A stretch of 64,000 nucleotides of DNA from an uncultured Verrucomicrobiota bacterium (GTDB lineage Bacteria; Verrucomicrobiota; Verrucomicrobiia; Limisphaerales; JAEYXS01): contig CAZPUL010000025.1 of assembly GCA_964589735.1 (NCBI GenBank), positions 529-64,528 on the forward strand. The letters are read 5' to 3'. Below, piece by piece: positions 16,633 through 25,736 of the stretch. How positions within the stretch are numbered: position 1 is the first letter of the stretch; each line of letters begins with the position of its first letter. The position numbers were made by a program, and so were the translations under genes. Under the pieces are notes generated by a model, which was not told the DNA's origin, ran no database searches, and saw nothing but the letters and a program-made list of their open reading frames with translations.

Positions 16633-17781
16633 GTGACACAGCGCCTCCCCTCCATACTCAAACGCATCGCCATGCTGATGTTGCTTCTTGTCACAGGAGC
16701 AACACACCTCTCCGCCCATCAACCCGGCCTCAGCTACATCAACCTCACCGTTGAAAGCAACCGCCTCTCCGGCCGTGTGGATATGTCCCTGCGCGATCTG
16801 GACCTCGTGGTGAACTTGGATGCCGATGGCAATGGTGCCGTCACCTTCGCCGAACTCCAAGTCAAGCAACCCGCCATCGGCGGCTATCTCCTGAAGCACC
16901 TCAGTTTTTCCGCTGATGGCCAACCAGGCTTGGTGCATGTGCGCGAACACTTGGTCGCCACGGATAATGACGGTGCTTTCGCCGTCGCCGAAATAGATGT
17001 CGATTTCCCCGCCGCACCCGCCATCGTCACCGTCCGCAACAATCTTTTCACAGAAGTCGATGCGGGGCACCGCTCGCTGATGCAAATAAGTCTAGAAACC
17101 AATGTCACGCCCGCCATCTTCGTAAAAGACCAGCCGGAACAGACTTTCAAACTCAGTGAACCGCGCGCACAAGCTTCTTTCGCAACGTTCTTCAAAGAGG
17201 GCGTCTGGCACATCTGGATCGGTTACGACCACATCCTCTTCTTGCTGGCATTGCTGCTCCCTTCAGTGCTGGTGCGCAAAGACAATGGCTGGCAAGCCGT
17301 GCCGGAACTGAAGCCAGCGTTCATCAATATCTTCAAGATTGTCACGGCCTTCACCATCGCCCACTCCATCACACTGGGATTGGCGGCATCGGAACTCATC
17401 CGACTGCCCTCACGCTTTGTGGAATCCGCCATCGCTTTCTCCGTGATCCTCGCAGCCTTAAACAACATCAAGCCCTTCTTCCACGGCAAAGGCTGGCTCG
17501 TCGCCTTCTGCTTCGGCATCCTGCACGGCTTCGGTTTTGCCTCGGTTTTAGGTGAACTCGATCTGCAAACGACTTCGCTCCTCACCACATTGGTCGGCTT
17601 CAATGTCGGTGTGGAGGCCGGTCAATTGACCATCGTGGCCATCTTCCTACCAGTGGCCTTTTCACTACGCCAGTCCAAGGCGTATCAAAAGGGCGCCTTG
17701 GTCGCCGGCTCCGCTATCATCGCCCTGCTGGCGCTGGTCTGGTTCATTGAGCGGGCGTTTGATATCAGTATTATCAGCTAG
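16633..17781 (+). CDS. HupE/UreJ-family membrane protein with N-terminal periplasmic domain
   Basis: The C-terminal half has HILFLLALLL, TIAHSITLG and GILHGFGFA TM motifs (HupE/UreJ_2-like). The GTG at 16633 may be replaced by ATG at 16672, which gives a signal peptide. Confidence 0.7.
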   Translation: MTQRLPSILKRIAMLMLLLVTGATHLSAHQPGLSYINLTVESNRLSGRVDMSLRDLDLVVNLDADGNGAVTFAELQVKQPAIGGYLLKHLSFSADGQPGLVHVREHLVATDNDGAFAVAEIDVDFPAAPAIVTVRNNLFTEVDAGHRSLMQISLETNVTPAIFVKDQPEQTFKLSEPRAQASFATFFKEGVWHIWIGYDHILFLLALLLPSVLVRKDNGWQAVPELKPAFINIFKIVTAFTIAHSITLGLAASELIRLPSRFVESAIAFSVILAALNNIKPFFHGKGWLVAFCFGILHGFGFASVLGELDLQTTSLLTTLVGFNVGVEAGQLTIVAIFLPVAFSLRQSKAYQKGALVAGSAIIALLALVWFIERAFDISIIS

Positions 17782-17842
17782 ACTGTCTCTCGTTTTGGCA
17801 TTGTTCCCCCTGCCCTAGCCCGCTAGAACTTCCGCGCAACCG

Positions 17843-18952
17843 ATGCGTTTCCTGATGCTCAACTGGCGCGACCCGGAAAACCCTCTAGCTGGGGGTGCCG
17901 AACGCGTGACCATGGCCTATCTCAAGGCCCTGGTGGATCGCGGGCATGAGGCGTGGTGGTTCAGCTTCGATTATCCCGGGGCCAAGCCCGAAACCGTCAT
18001 CGATGGTGTGCACATCGTCCGCGGTGGCGACAAAGGCTCGGCCATCATCAAGGCGAAGGCTTGGTATAAAAAGCAACCGCACTTTGACCTCGTGATCGAC
18101 CAGCATCATGGCATTCCTTGGTTCGCTCCGTGGTGGTGCGGCACGAATAACATCGCTTACATCCACGAAGTCCTCGGCCCCATCTGGGATGCCTTTTATT
18201 CGTGGCCCATCAGCGCCATCGGCCGGGCGCAGGAGCGCTGGACGCACTACGCTTATCAAGATGTCCCTTTCTTCACCGCTTCCTCCGATACCAAGCGCCA
18301 ATTGCACGAGCATGGCGTGAAGGATGTGACCATCATCCCCTACGGCGTGCATACGCGCGCCCTGCCCGTGCTGGAGCCCAAGCCACTGGCTGCCCCGTTC
18401 AAACTCATCGTCGTTTCGCGCCTCGCTCCGAATAAGCGCATCGACCACGCCGTGCTGACGCACAAAGCCTTGCGTGCCCGCGGCGTGAATACGCATCTCA
18501 CCATAGTCGGCGGAGGTGAAACGGAAGGTCTGCTAAAAAACTTGGTGGCGGAGGGTAACCTCCAGAGTTCAGTGCGTTTCACCGGTCCAATCTCCGAAGC
18601 CGAGAAAGATGCCTTGCTCCGCGAAAGTCATTTCCTGCTACACACTTCGCAGCGCGAAGGCTGGGGCCTGAATGTCATCGAAGCGAACGCCATGGGCACA
18701 CCAGGAGCCGTCTATGCCGTGCCCGGCTTGGTGGAATCCACCTTGGACAATGAAACCGGTGTACTCGCCAAAGCGGAGACTCCTGAATCACTCGCCGACC
18801 GCTTGATGGAAGCATTCCAGAGCGATGCGCAATACCAGCAGTGGAGGTTGAACGGCTGGAATCGCGCCAAGACGTTCCACTGGGACAGCGTGCTGCCCAA
18901 AGCCTGTGATTGGCTGGAGCAGATGGCGCAAGGGGGAGGTAAACGCCCATGA
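17843..18952 (+). CDS. glycosyltransferase family 4 (GT-B)
   Basis: The C-terminal region (SQREGWGLNVIEANAMGTPGAV) contains the E-x7-E-type signature of GT4/GT1 enzymes. Confidence 0.8.
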   Translation: MRFLMLNWRDPENPLAGGAERVTMAYLKALVDRGHEAWWFSFDYPGAKPETVIDGVHIVRGGDKGSAIIKAKAWYKKQPHFDLVIDQHHGIPWFAPWWCGTNNIAYIHEVLGPIWDAFYSWPISAIGRAQERWTHYAYQDVPFFTASSDTKRQLHEHGVKDVTIIPYGVHTRALPVLEPKPLAAPFKLIVVSRLAPNKRIDHAVLTHKALRARGVNTHLTIVGGGETEGLLKNLVAEGNLQSSVRFTGPISEAEKDALLRESHFLLHTSQREGWGLNVIEANAMGTPGAVYAVPGLVESTLDNETGVLAKAETPESLADRLMEAFQSDAQYQQWRLNGWNRAKTFHWDSVLPKACDWLEQMAQGGGKRP

Positions 18953-20001
18953 GCGCAACCCCCTTCACCCCGCGCGTCACCGTTATCGTGCTGAACTACA
19001 ATGGCAAACAGTGGCTGCCGCGTTGTGTCGATTCGCTGAAAGCACAGACCATCTTCAACGACATCGAAGTCATCATGGCGGACAACACGTCCACTGACGG
19101 CTCCGACAAGCTCGCTGAAGAATTGATGAGGGGCTGGACCACTGGCTACTTCCTCCAGAACGGTGCAAACCTCGGTTTCGCCGAAGGCAACAATCGCCCG
19201 GCCAAGCGTGCCTTGGGCAAATTCCTCTTTTTCCTAAACAACGATGCGTGGCTGGAACCCGACTGCATGGAGAAGCTGCTGGATTGCGTCGAACGCGAGC
19301 GAGCGGCTGCCGCCACTCCGCTCGTCTTGAACTACGATGACAATACCTTCCAGTCCTCCGGCGCACTCGGCTTCGACATCTTCGGTCTCGCGACGGATCG
19401 CAAGCAGGCAGATCGCGTGAGCGACATCCTCATGCCGGAAGGTTGCTCTTATCTCATCCGCAAGGATGTGTTCGAACAGGTCGGCGGCTTCGATAAAGAG
19501 TTCTTCATGTATGCGGAGGAACTCGACCTCTCCTGGCGCACGTGGATCGCCGGGCATCGCGTCATCACCGTGCCACAAGCCATCGTGCATCATCGCGGTG
19601 CAGCCAATGTGAATCCGGCCGGAGGCGGTAATGTGGTAGAATTCCGCACGAGTGATTCCAAACGTTATTACGCCAATCGTAATGCCTTCCTGACCATCTG
19701 GAAGAATGCCGAGGGAGTGCTCTTTCTCACGCTCCTTTTGCAACTTGGGCTGCTTTTCATTGAAGCCTTCGCCGCCCTGCTCATCGTGAAGCGCTGGTCT
19801 TTCGTGAAGCGTTCCTACTGGGAAGCCATCCGCGATGCTTGGCGGATGCGGCCCCATGTATCGGAAGCGCGTAACCAGATCAAAGCCTTCCGCCAGCGCA
19901 GCGATTGGGACATGCTCAACCTCTTCCGCTTGCGCCTGAACCGCTGGGATGAGTTTCAACGGATGCTCCAGTATGGCGCGCCGAAGGTCACTGCGCGGTA
20001 G
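18949..20001 (+). CDS. glycosyltransferase family 2
   Basis: VTVIVLNYNG...DNTSTDGS, plus a DxD-like NNDAWLE motif. ATGA start/stop overlap with the upstream GT4. Confidence 0.8.
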   Translation: MSATPFTPRVTVIVLNYNGKQWLPRCVDSLKAQTIFNDIEVIMADNTSTDGSDKLAEELMRGWTTGYFLQNGANLGFAEGNNRPAKRALGKFLFFLNNDAWLEPDCMEKLLDCVERERAAAATPLVLNYDDNTFQSSGALGFDIFGLATDRKQADRVSDILMPEGCSYLIRKDVFEQVGGFDKEFFMYAEELDLSWRTWIAGHRVITVPQAIVHHRGAANVNPAGGGNVVEFRTSDSKRYYANRNAFLTIWKNAEGVLFLTLLLQLGLLFIEAFAALLIVKRWSFVKRSYWEAIRDAWRMRPHVSEARNQIKAFRQRSDWDMLNLFRLRLNRWDEFQRMLQYGAPKVTAR

Positions 20002-20097
20002 TTTTGCTATTGCTCCCGGCATGAAATCCACTGAATCTACCGCGCAAGCATGAACTTATCCGCCAACCATCTGGAATCGCCGGGGACTCTCTGAGTT

Positions 20098-20931
20098 ATG
20101 TTTCGTAAAATTCAAATCTACGGTTTCTACGCGCTTTATTACCCGCTCTCTTTCATCTGGCGCTGGTTCGACAAGATGACCTCCTGGCGGGAAACGCGTT
20201 TCTGGATCGACCACATTCCGAATGCCTCCTTCACACCCGCCACCTATTCCAGCTACGCTGGCTGGATCGTGAACCAAGGTTTCTTCTGTGCGCTGTTCAG
20301 CCTCTATCTGAAGAAACCGAACCCAAAGATTTTCGACTTCGGCTGCGGCATGGGCAACCAAGCACCGATCTGCCACCACTTCATCAAGAACGGGGGCAGT
20401 TTTCTGGGTGTAGATACAGATCGCCGCTCAATCGAAGCCGCCAAGGCGACACACGCTGACTTGCCAAACTGCAGCTTCTACCTGACGAAGGATCAGAACC
20501 CCTATTATCCGCAAGGCGACACGACACAAAAGATAAACGACGGCATCGACTGGCCCATCGCGCCGAAGTCACAGGACATGCTGATCTCCGTTTCTGTGTT
20601 CACGCACTTGCAGCAGAAGGATGCGGAACGCTACATGGACAAGGTCTATGAGGTGCTGGCGGATGACGGTCACGCGATCATCACGTTCCACATCGTCCGC
20701 GATTACGTGAACGAGAATGAGACCTACAATTTCACTCACGCGCTAACGCCCGGCTGGTTCACGAGCAACCCGAGCTGCCCGGAAAAAGCTATCGGCGTGA
20801 CGACGGAAGCGCATCGCAATCTGTTGGCGGGACGGTTTGAAATCCTCGCTCACATCGAGGGTTCCGTGACCGGTGGCAAGCATCCTTACCTGCAAGATCT
20901 CTTTGTGCTGAAGAAGATCCCGGGCAAATAA
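20098..20931 (+). CDS. class I SAM-dependent methyltransferase
   Basis: Motif I is FDFGCGMGNQ. A downstream acidic loop is GVDTD. The region looks more AT-rich than its surroundings. Confidence 0.7.
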   Translation: MFRKIQIYGFYALYYPLSFIWRWFDKMTSWRETRFWIDHIPNASFTPATYSSYAGWIVNQGFFCALFSLYLKKPNPKIFDFGCGMGNQAPICHHFIKNGGSFLGVDTDRRSIEAAKATHADLPNCSFYLTKDQNPYYPQGDTTQKINDGIDWPIAPKSQDMLISVSVFTHLQQKDAERYMDKVYEVLADDGHAIITFHIVRDYVNENETYNFTHALTPGWFTSNPSCPEKAIGVTTEAHRNLLAGRFEILAHIEGSVTGGKHPYLQDLFVLKKIPGK

Positions 20932-20937
20932 GCCGGT

Positions 20938-21714
20938 TCAAAGCCCGAGCTTCACCATCAGGTCGTTGTAATTGCAACGGATCTTGTGCTTGAGTTTCAC
21001 GAAGAAGGAATCGCTGTGTGGTATATTCACACTGTCCACTGTGCGGCGGTTCATACTGATGACCACATCGATGTTGTGTACCTTGGTCAACTTGCCCAGC
21101 TTCTCCATGAACACCCCATCCGCGTGATGTCCCAGGCGCTTATCTTCCGGATGATACAGCGTGTTCCCCTGCACTTCCTCGACTTTCTTCAGCAATGCAG
21201 TAGTGTGGTAGAATTGCAGGTAATCCACTTCCCCATCCAGCTTGCGACCCTTGCAAAACTTGCCTGCCGGACGATCTGCGCGACGTTGTCCCGTGATCTT
21301 TGTCACTCCTTCCGCATCTGTCACCCCGATGTCTTGTGACGCATACATGGCCTGCGGCTCGCGATTGTTCTGGATGTAATAATTCCAAACGACCTCGAAG
21401 GCGTTCGGATACAAGACATCGTCATCGCAAAGGTAAAAGAGCAGTTCACCTTTGCAGCGACCGGCGTTGATGACTTGATTGAAGCACCATGACGCCATGT
21501 TGTGCGTCTTCACCATCTCTTTCGTCTCACCTGAAGGGATAATGGTGATACGAGGATCGGTGAGGCCCTTGAAGAAGCCTTTATTCAGCAGCACTCCGCT
21601 ATCCACCAAGATCATCTCCCAGTCCTGAAAGGTCTGCTTCAGCACGCCATCAATCGCCTCGCGCACATACTTCGGCTTGTTATGCGAAACGAGGATGAGA
21701 CTGATCTTGGCCAT
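20938..21714 (-). CDS. glycosyltransferase family 2
   Basis: ISLILVSHNKPKYVREAIDGVLKQTFQDWEMILVDSG and a CDDDV DxD motif. Confidence 0.8.
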   Translation of the reverse strand: MAKISLILVSHNKPKYVREAIDGVLKQTFQDWEMILVDSGVLLNKGFFKGLTDPRITIIPSGETKEMVKTHNMASWCFNQVINAGRCKGELLFYLCDDDVLYPNAFEVVWNYYIQNNREPQAMYASQDIGVTDAEGVTKITGQRRADRPAGKFCKGRKLDGEVDYLQFYHTTALLKKVEEVQGNTLYHPEDKRLGHHADGVFMEKLGKLTKVHNIDVVISMNRRTVDSVNIPHSDSFFVKLKHKIRCNYNDLMVKLGL

Positions 21715-21721
21715 ACCAGAC

Positions 21722-23263
21722 CTACTTCTTCACCGGCGCGGGATCACCCAACAGCTTGCGGCGGAGTTTGATACTGGCCATTGTTTCCACGTTCTTGCGC
21801 TGCTGTTCGCCAAACTTTCTCTGCACCAGATCCAGGAACGGCTGATGCGTGAAATACTTGTGCCACGCTTCATCGCGGAACTTCAGCACCTCGGCCGCTG
21901 TGCAATGCTTCGTAGGCAGCGGCTGGCTCTCATACGAGAGAAACGCATAGCCCGCATAGGAATCCGGCAGCGGCCATTTGTTCGCCTTGGCCGTGTAATA
22001 CAGCGGACTGCCCGGCAGCGCCTGGCACGGATACATGTTCACCATCTCCGTGTTCAACTCCAGCGCCAGGTCCAGCGTCTGCTGCATCGTCTCGATCGTG
22101 TCATCCGGAAACCCGTAGATGTAGTTCGAGATGATATTGATGCCCGAGCCGCGGATGGTCTTGCACACCTCGCGGATGTTCACTTCTTGGAAGGAACCCT
22201 TCGACACCTCACTACGGATCACCTGGCTCGCCGCTTCCACACCAAGCGCCAGCCAACCAATGCCCGCCTTCTGGAACAGATCGAGATACTGCGGACGCAC
22301 CGTGTCGATGCGCGAATACGACCACATACGGAACTTGTGTCCGCGATCCAGAATGCCCTTCAACAAAGGCTCGTAGTAATTCTTGTTCAGGAAGAACATC
22401 TCGTCCGAAAGGCGGATCGTCTCCACGCCGTAACCAGCGAGCTTGTCGAATTCTTTGAGGATGAACTGCGGCGACCAGAAGCGCATGTTCGGCGAGTTCG
22501 CCGAAGCAACACCCTCCGCGTTATCCACACGGTTCACGATGTTGATCATGCAAAAGTCACACTTGAACTTGCAGCCCAGCGACGTGTACATCGCCGCGAA
22601 TGGCGTGCGCAGGTTGTGATTGAACTCCGCGTGCCAGAAGTGCGCGCGATACAGGTCCAGCGGGCTGCTCTTATACGGCAGCAGATCCCACGCGTAACCC
22701 GGCAGGTCCTCATCCATCCGCTCATGCGGCACTACGATTTCCGGCGGGTTCAACTGCGGCACCCCACCCGTCTTGTGACCGATGCCCTTGACCTTGTCCA
22801 AGCCCGTCTTCAGGTCCGTCTTCAACAGGTTGTGCAGCGCATACACCCCTTCGTTCAGCAAAATGATGTCGATGCAATCGAAGCCCAGCACTTCCATCGG
22901 CAACGCGCTCGTGTGCGAACCGACGAAGCAGATGATCGCCTCGGGATTCAGCGCCTTGACCTTGCGGGCCAAGGCCGTCGCGCCGATCATGTTCGTGGTG
23001 CCTGAGTTCGGGTTTTGACCGTAAACCACGAAGCAGACCAAACGCGCCTTCGCCTCATGGATGCGTTGCGAGGCCGCATCGTCGCTCAGGCGTTCGGCGC
23101 CGCAATCTAGGATGGCCACGCCATAGCCCTTCGCCCGGCAGCTCTGCGCGAGCAGCAGCGACCACGTCGGCGGTTCGATGGCCGAGAAGTCTTTGCTCAA
23201 CTCCTGATACGCCGTGGCGGCGGAGTCAGCATTGACGAACAGAACATCTAGCGGGCGATTCAT
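21722..23263 (-). CDS. B12-binding-domain radical SAM protein
   Basis: The N-terminal region is cobalamin-binding-like (VLFVNADS...AILDC). The radical SAM motif is CKFKCDFC (CxxxCxxC). ATG at 23263 avoids overlap with the upstream gene. The track start is 23299. Confidence 0.8.
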   Translation of the reverse strand: MNRPLDVLFVNADSAATAYQELSKDFSAIEPPTWSLLLAQSCRAKGYGVAILDCGAERLSDDAASQRIHEAKARLVCFVVYGQNPNSGTTNMIGATALARKVKALNPEAIICFVGSHTSALPMEVLGFDCIDIILLNEGVYALHNLLKTDLKTGLDKVKGIGHKTGGVPQLNPPEIVVPHERMDEDLPGYAWDLLPYKSSPLDLYRAHFWHAEFNHNLRTPFAAMYTSLGCKFKCDFCMINIVNRVDNAEGVASANSPNMRFWSPQFILKEFDKLAGYGVETIRLSDEMFFLNKNYYEPLLKGILDRGHKFRMWSYSRIDTVRPQYLDLFQKAGIGWLALGVEAASQVIRSEVSKGSFQEVNIREVCKTIRGSGINIISNYIYGFPDDTIETMQQTLDLALELNTEMVNMYPCQALPGSPLYYTAKANKWPLPDSYAGYAFLSYESQPLPTKHCTAAEVLKFRDEAWHKYFTHQPFLDLVQRKFGEQQRKNVETMASIKLRRKLLGDPAPVKK

Positions 23264-23271
23264 GCTTATAC

Positions 23272-24486
23272 TTACTTCAGATTGTTCAACAAATCGCATA
23301 ATTGTGCGATCTTGCTGCGGTCCAGGTCCGGATAGTTACCGATGTAATAGCCGTAGAAGTGAACATGGTTCACGTTCGGATACTGCTCAAATTCATTACC
23401 AAAGAGGCGACGCAGATACGGCTGGCGCAATTGATTACCACCACCCGAGGTGCCGCGTCGGAACTCCACGCCAGCTGCTCGGAGTGCCTTTTCCAAGCGA
23501 TCACGGAACTCCGGGTCCGCCTTGCGAATGACCAGCGTGAAAGCGTAGTTGCTGCTGCCTTCACAATTGAACTCCGTCCAATACTTCGAGGAATCCAAGC
23601 CCTTCAGGAACAGTTGCAGGTTCTCACTGCGGATCACGTTGTTCGCATCGAGACGCTTGAGCTGCTCACGACCCAACACCGCATTTAGTTCCGTGCTGCG
23701 CATGTTGTAGGCGGGATAGGCGAAGATGAAGTCGGGATTAAGGTCCGGAAATTTCGTCTTATACTCTTCCTTCACCTCAGGAGAGGTTACCTCGCGCACC
23801 ATGCCGTGGGAGCGGAACATGCGCACGGCTTCGTAGAACTTCTCATCGTTCGTGCAGATCATGCCACCTTCGATGGTGCTCATGTGATGCGCGTAGTAGA
23901 ACGAAAAATTGGAGGCGAAACCGTAACTGCCCAGCTTCTTGCCCTTGAAGGTTGCGCCATGGGATTCGCAAACGTCTTCGATCAAGGGGATGTTCCGCTT
24001 CTTCAGGTCATCGAGCAGACGCTGGTTCAGCGCGTTGTAGCCGAGCACGTAGGTCAGGAAAACGGCGCGGGTCTTCGGCGTGATCTTGCGCAGGATCTCA
24101 TCCGTATCCATGCCCAAGTGGCTGTTATCGATGTCCACAAACACCGGCGTCAAACCGGCTTGCAGCACGGACGCGATATCGGAGACCCACGTGAGCGTGG
24201 GCACGATGACTTCACCGGGGCCGTAGAGTTCGCGCAAGGCCGCCATCGTGATACCGTTTGCCGAGGCGCCCGAGTTCACGAATACACTGTACTTGCAGCC
24301 AAGCCATTCGGACCATTCCTTCTCGAAGGTGCGGACATTCGTGGACTGCGTCAGGATCGGATCATCCTGTTGCAGGAACTTGATCAGCGCGTCGAGATCG
24401 CTACGGGGAATGTTGTTGGCCATCAATGGCCACTTCAGATTCGGTGCAGTCACAGCGGGTGGAGCGGTTAAAGTCTCACTTCTCAT
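23272..24486 (-). CDS. DegT/DnrJ/EryC1-family PLP enzyme, ColD/E1-type sugar 3-dehydratase-like
   Basis: DegT-family fold motifs are present. At the Schiff-base position the sequence reads FSFYYAHHMSTIEGG, with His where aminotransferases carry Lys. An alternative start is at 24423. Confidence 0.7.
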   Translation of the reverse strand: MRSETLTAPPAVTAPNLKWPLMANNIPRSDLDALIKFLQQDDPILTQSTNVRTFEKEWSEWLGCKYSVFVNSGASANGITMAALRELYGPGEVIVPTLTWVSDIASVLQAGLTPVFVDIDNSHLGMDTDEILRKITPKTRAVFLTYVLGYNALNQRLLDDLKKRNIPLIEDVCESHGATFKGKKLGSYGFASNFSFYYAHHMSTIEGGMICTNDEKFYEAVRMFRSHGMVREVTSPEVKEEYKTKFPDLNPDFIFAYPAYNMRSTELNAVLGREQLKRLDANNVIRSENLQLFLKGLDSSKYWTEFNCEGSSNYAFTLVIRKADPEFRDRLEKALRAAGVEFRRGTSGGGNQLRQPYLRRLFGNEFEQYPNVNHVHFYGYYIGNYPDLDRSKIAQLCDLLNNLK

Positions 24487-25012
24487 TGTAGTAATCGCCG
24501 TATTCCACGATCAACGTGCTGCGGCCGTCGGTGCGGTTCAATGCCTTCTCGTAAGCGGGATAGATGTCCTGCGGTTCATCGAGGCGGATGACCTCGATAG
24601 TTGTGCACATCAGCTTGAACGCCTCGGTGAAATCACCGACGTGCTGGAACTGCGGATGCAACGGGCGTTCAGACCCAATCCCTGTGCGGATGATGACCTT
24701 GGGCTTATAGCCGCCATCAGACATCGCGGACATCTTGTCGAGGTGACCTACGATCTGGTTGACCGCGAGTAAAAGGAAGTTCCATCGCGGATAGATGCTG
24801 ATGGGCACAAGGCCCGTCAACGCCATGCCGGTGGACATGCCCATCTGCATCTCTTCAGCCACCGGGAGTTCCAGCAACTTTTCACGCGGCACGTTCTTAA
24901 GCGTGTTTGTCATGCCCGTTCCCGCGCAAGCCACCGCTTGGCCCATGAAGATCGTGCGGGGATCACGTCCCAGCATCTCCATCGACCGGCTCAGTTCGTC
25001 AAAATATTTCAT
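24476..25012 (-). CDS. TPP-enzyme E1 beta-like subunit (pyrimidine-binding domain only, 178 aa)
   Basis: IFMGQAV...LPVAEEMQMGMSTGMALTG resembles the transketolase/E1-beta Pyr domain. ATG at 25012 is used because the track start at 25135 overlaps the upstream gene. Confidence 0.65.
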   Translation of the reverse strand: MKYFDELSRSMEMLGRDPRTIFMGQAVACAGTGMTNTLKNVPREKLLELPVAEEMQMGMSTGMALTGLVPISIYPRWNFLLLAVNQIVGHLDKMSAMSDGGYKPKVIIRTGIGSERPLHPQFQHVGDFTEAFKLMCTTIEVIRLDEPQDIYPAYEKALNRTDGRSTLIVEYGDYYNEK

Positions 25013-25023
25013 GCTCTGATCGC

Positions 25024-25635
25024 TTAAAATTGCACGCGGACACCGGCACCGGCATGCGGATACTTCGTTTGATATTTGTAAGAGATGATGGACGGATGCG
25101 ACGGCGTCTCGTGGCTCAACACCGGTTGATTCCACGCCTCACGCGTGTCCGTGCAGACCGACTTGCCGTTGTCTTCCACGATGAAACGGATCGGCAACTG
25201 GTGGTTGATCGAATACTTGATAGATTCATGAGCGATACCCGTCTCCGCCGTCATCTCGCCCATGAAGCAATGCACCATGTTCGTACCGCCCTGCCGCTTG
25301 ATGCCCATGGCCGCACCGACCGCGATGGGGATGATGCCCCCGACGATGGCCGAGGACACGATGCGCTGCTCCGGGAAGCACAAGGTGATGGAATGCCCGG
25401 CGAGAATCTCCGCGCGCACCTTCTCAGGCGGCACACCTTTGAGCAGGCATTGGTAGTGACTGCGCCAGGAGCACATGACCCAGTCATCCGCTTTCACATC
25501 GCGGAAAATCTCGATCATTTTCTCCTCATTCCCCGAGTATAAGTGGATGGGAGCGCGTATCTTACCTTGATTGAAGGTATTCGCGATCTCAGTCTCAAAC
25601 TGGACCAATTCTTCAGCCGTCAGCTTCGTAATCAT
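25024..25635 (-). CDS. TPP-enzyme E1 alpha-like subunit (204 aa)
   Basis: TPP-binding-like motif GEMTAETGIAHESIKYSINHQLPIRFIVEDNG. ATG at 25635 (MITKLTAEEL...). Confidence 0.65.
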   Translation of the reverse strand: MITKLTAEELVQFETEIANTFNQGKIRAPIHLYSGNEEKMIEIFRDVKADDWVMCSWRSHYQCLLKGVPPEKVRAEILAGHSITLCFPEQRIVSSAIVGGIIPIAVGAAMGIKRQGGTNMVHCFMGEMTAETGIAHESIKYSINHQLPIRFIVEDNGKSVCTDTREAWNQPVLSHETPSHPSIISYKYQTKYPHAGAGVRVQF

Positions 25636-25736
25636 CAACAACCTGTCTATGTCGCACCCAAAAGTGTGCAATTTGCCTGCCAATCTCACGATTGGCCGCT
25701 TAAAAACGGTCCGGTGAACGTAACTGCCCCCCTTGG

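Noticed and set aside
21677-23005. 442-aa + strand ORF opposite the B12-radical SAM gene
   Set aside because: It is Arg/Leu/His-rich and antisense to a gene with clear CxxxCxxC and B12-domain motifs.
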